Shown here in pieces: positions 39,436 to 52,279 of a DNA stretch of 64,000 nucleotides. Numbering within the stretch: position 1 is the first letter of the stretch; the number at the start of each line of letters is the position of its first letter. The stretch is from Octopus vulgaris (lineage: Eukaryota). Under the pieces are notes generated by a model, which was not told the DNA's origin, did not search any database, and was given only the letters and a program-made list of their open reading frames with translations. The stretch covers positions 10,106,001-10,170,000 of the forward strand of contig OX597818.1 of the NCBI GenBank assembly GCA_951406725.2, in the 5' to 3' direction. The translations under genes were made by a program, and so were the position numbers.

Positions 39436-40295
39436 TATATGGTGGGTGGAAAGTAACAAGAAATTGCTTAAAGAAATTTTAGTATCACTGAAGTCATAAC
39501 GAAATTTTTTTTAAAACAGACATCACTAATGGGGATTTCTTTTTTTTTTATTGCTTTGTTTCTTATTTCTTATTTTCCAGATGGTCGGCCGCTTGACTGT
39601 TCAGGAACGAGCTAAGATAACAGCACACTACGAAGTGTGAAATTCCATTGTTTTGATTCAGAGATGGTGGCGTGCATGGAAATGTAAGCATGCAACACTA
39701 CGTCCAGAGACAATAAAAAGTTGTCATGCAAAGCTGATGACCACGGGCTATGTGAACGATGCAAGAAGTGGCCATCCAACTACACCCTGATCAGCGGAAA
39801 ACGTGACAACAGTGCAAGAACTGTTTAATCGCAGCCCGCAAAAATCAACACGTCAAGCTGTTCGTGAAAGTAGACTAACATGACACACAATACGTACGGT
39901 GTTGCATAAAGAATTGAATTTTCGTCCGTGGAAACCCCATTATGTGCAGGAACTAAAACCTGAAGACTGTGACCGCAGAAGTCCAGAACTCCAAGAAGTT
40001 CAGATCTCATTTGATGTGATTTTGACTTGTGGGGTTACAGAAAGAAAGAGGTGTACAAGACAAAACCTCGAATACTGGAGGACTTGGAGACAAGGATTCA
40101 GGAGGTTCTCAATGATATCCCAGACGACGTCCTTCACAAAGTTGTTTATTCCGTCTCTGGCCGTTTGAGGATAGTGGTTGACGCCACCGGTGCTTACGTT
40201 GAAATATGGAACATGTATCATTTGTTTCAGTAGATTGGTAAAAGAAATATGGATTTTATAACCGATTTTTAATGCCTACTTACTGTTCACCCACC

Positions 40296-40300
<5 letters not shown>
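39436..40300 (+). mobile_element. Tc1/mariner-superfamily transposon (DD41D/rosa-like), internally deleted
   Basis: Terminal inverted repeats GGTGGGTGGAAAGTAA (left) and TTACTGTTCACCCACCCTGTA (right). Remnants MVGRLTVQERAKI..IQRWWR, SPQKSTRQ, FRPWKPHYVQELKPEDCDRR, RSSDL, WGY..EVYKTKP..LEDLETRI..VVDATGAYVEI. The catalytic centre is largely deleted. Confidence 0.82.
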
Positions 40301-40349
<49 letters not shown>

Positions 40350-40387
40350 ATGAAAGAATGGAGTCGAACGAAGATGTTAACAAAATT

Positions 40388-40480
40388 CCTTTACTCTCGA
40401 AACATGTTTCGAAGACAGCATGTTTTCATTCCAAAGGAATAAAGGGTGCATTATACAATCTTCTCATCAGGAAAGAAAGG
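40388..40480 (-). ncRNA. Hammerhead motif in inverted pLTR (altered stem III/cleavage region)
   Basis: Same as 42498-42589 except GAAACATGTTTC in place of GAAACATGCGTC. Confidence 0.6.
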
Positions 40481-42497
40481 GAGCCTCTCTCGACAACAAG
40501 ACAAACAAAAATTTCGATGATTGCCTACATGGTAAACAAGCGATAATGAGTGTTTTTTAAAAAATCCGTTAGAAGAATTGACGTCAAAAATAGATAGTAG
40601 GAAGAGAAGGGATAAAGTAATAATAGTATGTATGGAAATGTGTGGGTGTGTGCTTGTGTTAATGAGTGCGTGTGTTTGTGTGTGTGTATGTGTGTGTGTA
40701 TAACTGCATTTGTGTCTGTGTGTGTGATTGTGTGTGGAGGTCTTTATCGCGACGATTGTCTGCTTTACCTCCAAAACGTTTCGAACCAAAAAATACAGAA
40801 GGTTAAGAACAGATTAGTTAGGTTTTTTAGTAGAATGGGCTTGCGCATAGTTTTTGACGATGAATTAACTAAAGCCAACTTCTTGGACATTACCCTCAAT
40901 CTGCAGAATAACTAATACTTCCCTTATCATAAACCTTCCACTAATCTTAAGTATATCAGCATTTTCAGTAATCATACCAAGCCAATTGCCGATAATTTAG
41001 TTAAAAACATATCTCTGAGACTGTCCAAATTATCTGCTAATGTCGACATCTTTAACCAAAAGGCAGACTTCTATAACGCCGCCTTGTCAAGAGCCGGTTA
41101 TAAGGAGAAAGTGTCATACATCGACCCAGCTCATTCTAAACCAACATCTGCTTCTCCAGATAGTAAAGTTACTCGTAATAGGAATAATGATTTCAATTCT
41201 AATAATGCCAGCAACCCTGTACATAAAATAAATTCTTTACGGACTAGGGGAGCTAAGCGCCATGCAACCCCAAATTTCCAACCCAGAAATTTTCCCCTTA
41301 CTATCACAAACAATACTAAGAGCAATTCAAAGGCCACAAAAAACTGTATCTGGTTTGTAATACCTTTCGGAAAACATATTAAATCGAACCTTCCTTTACA
41401 GTTCCGTGAAGCCGTTGCTAGGAACTTTCCCAGAAATTCTAGATATCATTCTATTATCAATTCCCACAAGGTCAGAATAGCTTTCTCTAACACTAGGAAT
41501 CTTTCACAAATTATATCTTCCCACAATACCAAGCTGCTAAACAAAGATTCTTCACCCGGGAGTTCCAACACTAATCTTGCTAATTCCAACCCATCATACA
41601 ATCATAATAATAGGAAAAGTATTAATAGTAGCAGCATTAGTAGCAGCGAAAGTGTTAACAATGATAATATTAATAATAGTATTAGTCGTGTTAATAACAG
41701 TGGTAGTGTTGATGGTAACATATATAGGAGCCTCCACTTCCCAGTTATCCAAGAGAATTTCAAACCACTATTCAACATTCAGGGATAGGAAAAAACGACA
41801 TAGTACAGGGCTAAGTAAATTAGTTTGGCGTCTTAAAGACAACAATATAATTTTCAAGTTAGATTGGTTCATATTGTCTGTATCCTTTCCTTTTGATAAG
41901 GGCAGGAGATTTTGTAACATTTGTAACTCTGAACTCTTCCATATTCTTTTCGCTAAGGTTCCCCTAGTAAACACACTCATAGAAAAATCGTACAAATGTA
42001 AACACTGGCAGAAACACACTTTCTACTCATATAAATGATAACGATAGTCACTGTGGTTTGAACAATTAGCTTCACGTCCACCCCACTGCTATAGAGAAAT
42101 TCTTTCCTAAGCCTTCGAACATTCTTTCAATCAACGTACCCTTCCCTCTCCACTTGTTCCCTACCTATTATGCCTTTATACCTTCTCTTCCTACTATCTA
42201 TCTTTGACGTCTGTCTCTCTCTCTCACACACACAATCACACACACAGACACAAATGCAGTTATACACACACACATACACACACACAAACACACGCACTCA
42301 TTAACACAAGCACACACCCACACATTTCCATACATACAGCAAACATATCTATTATTACTTTATCCCTTCTCTTCCTACTATCAATTTTTGACGTCAATTC
42401 TTCTAACGGATTTTTTTTTTTTAAACACTCATTATCGCTTTGTTTACCATGTAGGCAATCATCGAAATTTTTGTTTGTCTTGTTGTCGAGAGAGGCT

Positions 42498-42589
42498 CCT
42501 TTCTTTCCTGATGAGAAGATTGTATAATGCACCCTTATTCCTTTGGAATGAAAACATGCTGTCTTCGAAACATGCGTCGAGAGTAAAGG
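42498..42589 (+). ncRNA. Type I hammerhead ribozyme in the PLE pLTR, with expanded helix II
   Basis: CCTTTCTTTC-CTGATGA(42508-14)-GAAGA...TCTTC-GAAA(42567-70)-CATGC-GTC(42576-78)-GAGAGTAAAGG. Stem I pairs over ~10 bp with one bulge. Confidence 0.8.
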
Positions 42590-42785
42590 AATTTTGTTAA
42601 CATCTTCGTTCGACTCCATTCTTTCATTTATTCATATACAACACACAAATTTCTACACATGAACCCGAAGTTTCTACCCTTGACAGGTCGCTTCAACCGT
42701 GTTTTTTGACGTGAATTTGCTACCCAGGTTTCGGTTAAACGAATTTTCCATGCTGACGATAAACATAGGATAATTCATTCACCTA

Positions 42786-42868
<83 letters not shown>

Positions 42869-43580
42869 GTATATGTAAATGTATATGTGTGTGTGTGTAT
42901 ACATATATACATATTGGTCGTATATTGGAATGTGCTTCTTTATAACATTGCATATAGTCTTGCTCTATACATAAATATGGGCTTGTATAACAAACAAGAA
43001 ACTGATATATTGAGTAAGCTCCAATTAATTCCTTAACCTGATTCTTTGTTGTTTAAGATTAATTGCAATTCTGTAGTTTCACTATAATTTCATACTTTAG
43101 GCACATACTATTTCCGAACATTTAAGTTTCCTTTCTTTCACTTATCCATTTTTTCCTTTTCTCTTTCTTTTCTTTAGTTCTTATTTCTTGAAACACTAAA
43201 ATGTTTAAATTAATTATAATTCCCATTAGATTGTTTTATGCCGGTATCAATGCAACTAATTCAAATTAGATGATAGTAGAGATGCCTCAAGTAAGTATAA
43301 TAATGATAATTATTCCTAAGATATGTGCACAGCTAAATATATTGATAGAGTGCGATGGCTGTGAGCGCCAGACAACATGCCAAATGCCAGATCGGCCTAC
43401 GCGTGACCCAAGACTGTAGTTCCGTCAGAGAGAGTGAGTGAGAGAGAGAGAAAAACCGGTGGAAAAGATAGGAAAGTTGTAGGAGAGCTTTCCAAAGACC
43501 ACAGCCGCACGCAGCATACTAGAAATTTCTGCAGATGGTTCGGTCCTAGATGTGAGAGCATCGTCATCCATGACTTAGAT

Positions 43581-43870
43581 CAATGGTTCCCAAAGTGAGC
43601 GGAACTATCCCTGTGGCAGAGGAGAAATGATCCAGAGGAAGAGTTGGCGGTGGAGAAAAGTAGAGCGTTTAATGAGGGTGGTCAAATGGGAGCGATGGAT
43701 GTAAAAGTAATAAACTAATGGGTTAATTAGGTCAGGTTTTATTTGAGAAATACAGTTGTTTTGAATTTGCTTCAGAAAGTTGTCTACGCTTTTAGTGGTG
43801 AGTGAAATAGCGCTAGGAATGTGATCTGGGTGCCAAGGGGCGGCAGTTGAAGAACGTTTGGCAACCACTG
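43581..43870. mobile_element. hAT (Charlie-like) MITE, 290 bp
   Basis: TIRs CAATGGTTCCCAAA / TTTGGCAACCACTG, and an 8-bp TSD ACTTAGAT (43573-80) / GCTTAGAT (43871-78). Confidence 0.85.
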
Positions 43871-43879
43871 GCTTAGATT

Positions 43880-46470
43880 CTTATAATTTCGTAGCTTTTG
43901 TCTTCTAGAAAATATACATCTTGAACCCGACATTTTTACAAAACACAGAAAAGCATACTGCTCAATTTGGTCAACTGAAGCATTAGGCAAAATGTGATAG
44001 TCATGCACATAGAGGAGAAACAGTTTAGAGACATCTACTGCATTACCTATTTCTCGGGAGACTTACATCACTACTTGTAACTACGTTCAGTTTCTAACTC
44101 TGCCTCAGTTACCTTAACAGAACCCGTTGGCTAGCGAAGCCTTGCTCGTTTAGGTACCAAGTTGCAAACCCACCAATTTATTCAGAATAATGGCTGGTAC
44201 TGTCTGTCCACCTCAGTCTGCTTGGTGCCTGACACACACTGACGATTTCTTCGAGCGCAAATACTGACACATTTTTCTTGAACAAGCAACGACATAAGAT
44301 ATTGGTCTTTCTACGAGTTCTTTTGCAAAACTCTAACATGACCCTGTTAAAGTTGGAAATGCCCTTTTTCAAGACCGTAAAGGCCTGGTACTAATTCCTA
44401 AAGTTCACAGAGTACAGACCATCCCCTCTCTGTGCTTTGTCACTCGATCAAACATCCGGCATGAACTTTATCTTGGCAGTTAGTCTCGGCTTTTTGCAAC
44501 ACTCCACCTCTTCTATTGAGAGCCGCAAAAGATCATCAAGATAGAACTGAGATTCAATGTATTTGATACGCATCCAGGCCTAACCTGTCGGGCAAAGTGC
44601 TGGAAAAACACACGCATCTGCGTAGAATTGGACAGCATGTGTCCATTGTGATCTGTCAAAGAAGGACCCAATGAATTGGTTTTCGTGTCTTAGCTCTGAC
44701 ATCTACTTTGTGATTTGTGTTGAAGAAATAAGCAAACTCTATTTTTTAACTTGTTCCCCGAACATGGTGCCTTTTGTAATTGCCTCTTGTAATCGTTTGA
44801 ACATCTAGCTATATCTTTACTAATCTTTGTCGATTCTACAGCAAAAAAAGTGAACATGTTATTGAGTATTATCGATTGCATGCCTTCCAGTCGCTGTAGG
44901 ATACTGCATAATGCAATCAACTTCAACTAACTTATAACTTATCTATGAATCCCTATTTAGGTTCATCGTACAAGTCACAAACCGGAGATGTGTAGCTGAT
45001 CAGCTTAAAATATGACCAATTTACGCTACCTCTTCTCGGGCATCTATCAAATACAACTCGATATAATTTGGTTGCGCAGTGCGGTTTGGCCAGAACCACA
45101 TAGGCACAGTCGAGAAACCCATTCGGCACTGGTCAGATTGGTAGAATTACCTGACTCTATTTTTGAAACTTTTACACCTCATTTGTCTATCATCTCATCC
45201 CACAATATCTAAGTATGCCTTCCAGTTGTCCACTAACACTAATAAATGAACTGGCGAAATATCTTGAAACATCTAAAGACTGGATGATAGAACTCATCGA
45301 AAACCATGAGAGACATAAGAAGCTTCATTCTGTCATGAAAGAGAGCAAAGAATTTGGTAGTGAGTACATGCTCTTAATACTATTAAGACAGGTAACAATT
45401 TAAATAGATGAGGAGACTAAATGAGATAAAAAGTATACATAGTATATAAAATAAGTGAACACGTAGATGATGCTGTCCTTCTGGTACAGAACTTCCATCT
45501 AGGGCCAATCAAGGAACCCAAACGATTCAGGATAGCTTCGATCACGAAGTGCACAAACCCTCACACATCTGGTGTTCTCCAATCTACAGGCTTAGAGTAG
45601 GTTCATTCACCCTTACCGTATTTACTACAAGCACTCACCATTAGACAAACTCGCTGCAACGGAGTATTTCCCTCTCCATCGTCACTTTCTTTTCCCTTCG
45701 TAACTTGAAAAAGATCGATGTGGGTTTTACCTTAGAGAAAAGTACATATATGTTTTTAATATTTATTGTATCGTCTACGATACTACCTCTTCATCATAAC
45801 CACTAGACAGAACAACATTGTCCGCTTCTCTATATTAAAGTCAGGTCGCGGGGTGATCCTCACGATGGAATCGGCCGACATCCGGATTCGTCCTGTAGAT
45901 AGCAAAAGCTGTTAAACAAATCATGCAGTGTCTGAGCAACAGTTCACGGACACTCCAAACCGAGACTACACATACTCGCCGTCCAGAAAGATCTGAAAGT
46001 GGAGTAGCTTTAGTTTATGTCTACTAGTTAGCAACCACGATATGCCTTCCTTCCATGAGCTATTGACCATGAGGCGCGTCCTATTCACAAGAAGCGGTAA
46101 ACCAGACGCTTGAATCTGACCAAACAGAAGATGGGAAAAGGTAGAATGATCAGATGGTAAGTCGTTACATTCGTCACTTCTGCTTGATCTTTCGGGGATA
46201 GCTTCGGTTCATCTTGCTTGTAACATCGTCCAAGTGATACCCGCCGACCTCTTTGATAACGTTATTTCCTTATCGATAAACGAATACATTGCAAGAACGT
46301 AATAACAATACAATCGAAACAGACGACAGTAACCGCACGGAACGTAACAACAATCTTTTAAGAACCAACAATCCAATACGCTAAATCGAACTGTAAACTT
46401 TGAACTATCAACACACGGACTGTGGAAATAGCACGAACTACTTCACTCGGGGGGCGTCGTACTCTTGCAC
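43880..46470 (-). mobile_element. Highly decayed BEL/Pao LTR-retrotransposon internal region
   Basis: Minus strand IESQFYLDDLL (~44530-44560; Pao RT FYVDD), LGPSLTD upstream, and DYHILPNAS..YAFL resembling the Pao RNase H/A17 LH.FSDAS motif. Boundaries are approximate. Confidence 0.55.
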
Positions 46471-46485
46471 GTCTCTTCTTTTGAG

Positions 46486-46547
<62 letters not shown>

Positions 46548-46569
46548 ATTAGTAGTAGTAGTATCTCTT

Positions 46570-47658
46570 TTGCTTGGGCATTATCTCAAGGTGTTCGGTC
46601 TACTTTCTGTTTCTCATCTTTTGGTGTCGGTACATCGAATATTTCATAGAATACTTCCATGGGAATTTCTTCCTGATCCTGGGTATGCCTCTTCCTTAGT
46701 TGGTTTATATGTCTCCTATGTCCACCGCGTGATCCTTTAATTAGAAACATCGTCCTTCCAATTTTTCTGATAGCAAGGCCATCTTCCCAGCTTTCTGTAC
46801 CGTTTCTATAGTTTTTGAAATGCCCTTTATCATCCTATCTCGATGTCTTTCATTGGCTCTTTTGTATTTCCTTTACATCTTTTTTCTCTGGTAATAGCTT
46901 ATCAAAAATGGATTTTATTCTTCTTGCAAACATCACTTCTGCTGGAGACTTTCCTGAATTTGTACTTGTATTGGGGGTCACTCTGTATATTCTTAGGAAT
47001 TTTGTCAGTGCTTCGTCGTTACTTAATTCAATCTTCGCTTTCCATAACGCTCTCTTAGAGGTGTCCACAAATTTTTCTACCTGCCTGTTTGGCCTCGGTG
47101 GTAGGATGGAGAGTGAAAATATGCTTTATCGCATGCCTTTTGCAGAAGTTCTTGAATTCATATCCAGAGAACTGCGTTCTGTTGTTTGGAACTAGCGTGT
47201 CAGCGACACCGTATCGCGCAAAGAATTCGTATACGAACTTTATAGTTGTCTTAGAGGTTGGTTTATAGCTCCTTCAAACCTCCAGTCACTTAGTACAGCT
47301 ATCTGCAACGATTACGTAGTAAGTACTGTTTACCGGTCCGGCATAGTCAATGGGTTATGCCAGTAGACATAACCCTTCATCAAAGCCCTCATCTTTGCCA
47401 TTCCTGGATGTCCGCTGTGAAAATGTTGCAATGCACCTTTTTGTCATGTAGGTGGAACCACCACTCTTTGAGCATACATCAGAATACCATAGCAAATTGA
47501 GAAACTACTGGCATCTGATTTTTTATTGCGTTTATTTTTTAAAGCTTCTTTTATTTTCGTAATATACTCATCACCTAAACTTTCATTCTGATATCCTGTG
47601 CCTTCACGGGTAGTTCTTGGATAACGTTCGTCATAACACTTTTAATTTCACTTTCTGC
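46570..47658 (-). mobile_element. Gypsy/Ty3 (K02A2.6/Mag-like) integrase remnant
   Basis: FHSGHPGMAKM, IDYAGPV..YVIVADSCTK*LE, RYGVADTLVPNNRTQF, VEKFVDTSKRAL, FLRIYRVTPN..KSPAEVMFARRI. Confidence 0.88.
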
Positions 47659-47753
47659 TGTACCCTTATCAGACGGGTAGTCAGGATGGGTATACTGGGC
47701 TACGTATATTTTACCCCAGTGCTGCTTTGATGACAGGCACTAATCTCTCATTC

Positions 47754-47755
<2 letters not shown>
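47659..47755. mobile_element. Terminal fragment of the 9412-9970 repeat
   Basis: Aligns with 9875-9970. Confidence 0.75.
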
Positions 47756-47830
<75 letters not shown>

Positions 47831-47834
47831 CAAT

Positions 47835-47918
<84 letters not shown>

Positions 47919-47957
47919 AACAATAACAATAACAATAACAATAACAATAACAATAAC

Positions 47958-47998
<41 letters not shown>

Positions 47999-48014
47999 CA
48001 ACAATAACAATAAC

Positions 48015-48046
<32 letters not shown>
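47754..48046. repeat. (TAA)n/(CAA)n array
   Basis: Direct reading. Confidence 0.95.
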
Positions 48047-48146
48047 NNNNNNNNNNNNNNNNNNNNNNNNNNNNNNNNNNNNNNNNNNNNNNNNNNNNNN
48101 NNNNNNNNNNNNNNNNNNNNNNNNNNNNNNNNNNNNNNNNNNNNNN
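48047..48146. other. Assembly gap (100 N)
   Basis: Run of N of placeholder length. Confidence 0.99.
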
Positions 48147-48156
48147 AATAATAATA

Positions 48157-48500
48157 GCGCAAGCATGGAAGAGAAGATCAGGTAGGAATGTCACAGGACA
48201 GTTCGAGCAGTCCTAAAATCCGAGTTAAATGCCCGTAACTAGGTGTTAGCTATAAATTCTTTAGCAGTTCCGGTTTTTATTTGCAGTTTCAAAGTGTTGA
48301 ACTGGAATATGAGCGAAAGAAGGAAGATTGACAGGAAAATTCGTAAGCTGCTGACTTGCAATAAGATGCACCACCCAAAGCAGACACAGATCATCTTTCA
48401 CCTGTCCAGAGCTCAAGGAAGTCGAGGCTTCCTGCCCTAGGTGTCAGGAAGACACACAGCAAGAAATGAAAACAGAATTGAAAGAAGATCCTAATGTAAC
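48157..48500 (+). mobile_element. R4/Dong-clade fragment (RT thumb region)
   Basis: SMEEKIR*EC..VRAVLKSELNARN*VLAINSLAVPV..LNWN..IDRKIRKLLTCNKMHHPK..RAQGSRG. Lies between (TAA)n and (GAA)n. Confidence 0.82.
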
Positions 48501-48604
48501 GAAGAAGAAGAAGAAGAAGAAGAAGAAGAAGAAGAAGAAGAAGAAGAAGAAGAAGAAGAAGAAGAAGAAGAAGAAGAAGAAGAAGAAGAAGAAGAAGAAG
48601 AAGA
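48501..48604. repeat. (GAA)n microsatellite
   Basis: Direct reading. Confidence 0.95.
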
Positions 48605-48929
48605 AAATTACAGACAATCCAATAACAAATGCAAGTTAGTTTGTTTCTTATTTCTGGATTTTATGGTCCTTATCATCATGGTTGCTGTGGTTGTTGACCT
48701 TCTGGCCTTTCTGCATTTCTTGTTCCGTCATTTTGTCTCGTGTGTGTCTTTATGAAGTCCTTCGGGGATCCTGTGTTTTGATGCCACTATTTCAACACCT
48801 CAACTGCCTGAAATTAATTGAATGCTTTAATTTGGAAATCTTGAAGATTTTTAATGAAAGAAACAACTAATTATTTCTTTTTTTGTTGCAACTGATTATC
48901 ATAAATATATTAGAAAATAGGAAACAGTC

Positions 48930-49470
48930 ATTTTCTCTCTCCTTCTCTCTCTCTCTTTCTCTCTTCCTCTCTCACCCTGTCTTACTCTCTTTTTCTTCTC
49001 CGTCCCTCCGAATATCACTCTCTCCCACTCACACGCCCTCCTTCACTTTCTTCTGTCTTCTGTTCTGCCTTCATTCTTTATCACACTTTATCTTCCAGCC
49101 TCGTTCTATTTCTCTCTTTTTTCTCTTTCAATTCTATCTTTCTTCTTCTCCTCTCATTTGCCTCTTCGTCTTTTTCTTCTCTATTCTCATATTTTTCTCT
49201 GCATATATTTGTTTCTATGTTTGTCTGTATTAGTTTTTCCTGTATCTGTCTTTCCCACTATATATCTTACTTACATATATTTCACACTCTATACCTCTCT
49301 TCATCTTGAACTATATCACTGTATTTCTCTTTCTCTCTCACGCTCTCATTTCTCCTTCCCCTCTGACTCTCTCTCTCTCTCTCTCTCCCTCTCTTTCTCC
49401 CTCTCCCGCATTCTGTTTCTCATACATATGTACATTCCTCTAACAATTTCTGTCTCTTCATCTCATTCTT
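48930..49470. repeat. CT-rich low-complexity tract
   Basis: Direct reading. Confidence 0.9.
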
Positions 49471-50869
49471 GTGTACACAACAATATTCTCAGAAGTCAGG
49501 TATAATAAAAAGTTTAAGATTTTTCGCCTGACCAACTGAAATCCTAAGTTCTCATTTCAATTTTCTTTAAAATTAAGAGGAACAAAGCACTCTTAACGTA
49601 GGAACAAGTTACTGATCGAAACTAGCTGTCATGAATGTGTTATATGTGAAAATTGTGTATCCACTGTTCTTAACCCCTCACTAATAGTGCTCTCATAATC
49701 AGTGTCACGGTAGACAGATAAAGAGGGTATAGAGTAGCCGTTGAAATCCCTATATAGGCTAGAAACTACTCCAACTGCTGTCTCTTTTTTGATTTTACAA
49801 GATATTGTATATAAAGACAAATTGTTTAGCCCTGGCTAAAACTCTAAAAATAAGGGGAGGTAATATTTTATCCTCACATAAACGCGGATGTTCTGTAAGA
49901 ACAAATTATACTGCAGTAGATACTACCACAAAAACTCTCATACTGACTTTTGGTGCCAAATACACTCTTGTTTATATCGCTAGCGAGAAAATAAACAATT
50001 GTCACCTCCAGCGCCGAAACCCCCAGATCATGTGATTTCGACCGTCCTTCGTTTTATCAGTGATGGACACTCAGTCGTTAGAGATAGTAACGATTCATCC
50101 CCTCTGCCAGCGATATATAGAATAACAGTGTCAGAACCGGTGATGGTGTCGCGATTAGATTGTTAGAAAATATATATTAGCGATATGTTCTGTGGTACAG
50201 AATTGAACCAAGATCTGTCATTGCAGCAGTGATCGATCAAATTACATGCTCGATTCGTCCAATTTTAAACTTTTGGTTATAGTGAATTTAAAAGGCCTAC
50301 ACAATTTCTGTTGAAATCTGATTAAACTAGTCTTGCTGACCACACAATTTCAATCCCAGAAATTATTGTATCTAAAGAAAAGTTGTTTCTATCTGATCAT
50401 GCGCACAACGTTCACTGAAAATTGATTGATAAAGACTATGGTGCATAGGATGACAATTGCCCTTAAAGTCATAGAAGAGTTAAATTTCAACTGCTGTGAG
50501 GCGAGTATTTATTCTTGCCAACAAAATCGATTACCAGTTTCCTCCGGATTCTGGATTTTAACTTAAAATCCGCCACTACCTATTTGTAGCTTCCTGCTCC
50601 CGATATCAGAATGTTGCTTTAAGTGATGATGGTTCAAACAGTATCACCGATAGTGCATGACCAACACACTTAGTTTTCTATGTGAGATCATATACAGCAA
50701 CTGTCTTCAGCCGATGTTCCACAAAACTGTTGCGTACTGCAAGATTCTGAGGTGGAATGGAATATGCTAGAATATTTAGAAATTAGGTGTTTCCAAGGTA
50801 CTGCATCCGGAGTACATTCGTTCGCTGCGTGTGATACTGCTATGTGCGTGTGTATTCCGTGTGTTTATG

Positions 50870-51720
50870 AGTGAATAGTGTGTGTGTTTATGTATGTGCA
50901 TGTCTGTGAAGGAGTGTGCGTATCCCAGTTGTCAATTGGTCAGTGTATATGGCGTTTTCAAAATAGTGCATCCACGGTACATTTTTTTTGCTACGTGTGA
51001 CACGGTTGTGTGCGTGTATATTATGTGTTTTTATGAGTGAATAATGTGTATGTTTATGTACGTATACGTATACAAGCAAGTGTGCGTATCACAGTCATCA
51101 ATTAGTGTATGTATATATATATGGGGCTGTTGGATATTGTGTGCATGTATGAAACTGATATGCGTGTGCATATATTGTGTATGCGTGTGAAGCTATCTGG
51201 TGTATGTATGTGTTGTAGGAGGTGTATGTGGGTCGACCGGGATGAATGTGCCAGGTGGAATAGGGGTGGCAGGAGGGAGAGGTTGGGAGATGTGGGTGTG
51301 TCACTATATACATGCTACTGTGTGGGGGTGGGGTGGAGAAGTGGGAGTGTGAGTGCTAGCATGTGTCGAGTGGGAAGGTGTGTGTTTTTGCATGTGTGTG
51401 TGTGTGTGCATATGCTGTTGGGAAATAAAGGTGTGTGTGATGTAGGTAGTGTGTATAAAATGGTAGGGAAGGTGCGTGAGGGTTGGTAGACGTGGAGGGG
51501 CAGTGGAATGTGGGAGATGTATGTAAATGTGGGTAAAAGTGGGTTTAATTGAAGAGAGCTGAAGAATTGAGAGCATGAGGGACTGAGAAATGAGGAGAGA
51601 AAATAAATTCCTGCTCTCGATGTACGATCAACAGATCAGACACAGGAGAAGTTGGTTCGGATGACGGAGGGTGAAGTGGCGAACGATTAGTTACGACTGT
51701 GTCTCGAAGTCATAGTCGTC
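50870..51720 (-). mobile_element. Possible Penelope-like 3' remnant (GIY-YIG C-terminus + CA-rich 3' UTR)
   Basis: Minus strand VRHFTLRH and REQEFIF..PHALNS, similar to the PLE C-terminal E..LI..L.T..P.GLN. Confidence 0.4.
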
Positions 51721-51734
51721 ACTACCAAGCTGGC

Positions 51735-51870
51735 AGTAGCTAAGAACAAGGAGGTGCTCAAAAATCTTCCCGCAGACATAATAAAGAACGTAAGTGCCAG
51801 GTTCCTGAGCCTTCCTGCAGCCGTGGTGGAAATTGAGGGCTATTATGAGTAAACTGTTATATCCCAATCA
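51735..51870 (+). mobile_element. Tc1/maT-type transposase C-terminal fragment
   Basis: KEVLKNLPADIIKNVSARFLSLPAAVVEIEGYYE* resembles ACARFR.RLEAVV.A.GGY.E*. Confidence 0.6.
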
Positions 51871-52194
51871 TATGTTTTTGAATGGGGTATCGTTTCCATT
51901 TCCTTTTATGCAAATTGTCGAACTTAGCCCGAAACACATTGTCCGTATGGGCTTCATATGTAAACATACATGTGTGTACGGTGCACCAGGGTTTCCCTCT
52001 CCTAAATCTCATTAGTAATAGATTCGTCATAGCTATCGTAATAAAAACACATCCCCAAAATTCCAAACAGTAGGATGGTTTCGAAACCAGTGTCGAGTAG
52101 TTATTAAATTATAGATTTTAAACGCACAGCGATTATTGCACTTTATTATGCATAGATGTTATCTTCTTAGCACATTCAGAGGCACACACTACAG

Positions 52195-52243
<49 letters not shown>

Positions 52244-52247
52244 ACAT

Positions 52248-52279
<32 letters not shown>

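Larger units (their letters stand above)
40345..42788 (+). mobile_element. Penelope-like element (Naiad-like RT + GIY-YIG), 5'-truncated with inverted pseudo-LTR
   Basis: GLYRDDCL, NFLDITLNL, YFPYHKP..YISIFSNH, RLSKLS, ALSRAGY, IWFVIPF..NFP..SHNTKLL, then after a frameshift YIGAS..STGLSKLVWRLK..W.IL..CNIC..CKH. 40345-40736 is an inverted copy of 42226-42632. Flanked by (TA)n on both sides. Confidence 0.9.

Noticed and set aside
40737-42230. Selenocysteine/SECIS usage, as reported for some Naiad PLEs
   Set aside because: The internal stop is TAA rather than TGA, and I see no convincing SECIS. The deleted Cys-rich segment cannot be assessed.
48047-48146. Biological adjacency across the N run
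   Set aside because: This is a placeholder gap, so true distance and contiguity are unknown.
50250-50760. Possible minus-strand Tc1-like remnant
   Set aside because: There is only a faint SPHSS*NL similarity to WPP.SPDLNP, which is insufficient.
52070-52110. GAAACCAGTGTCGAGTAG hammerhead 3' half
   Set aside because: There is no CUGANGA partner upstream, so it is at most a truncated remnant and is not called as a feature.
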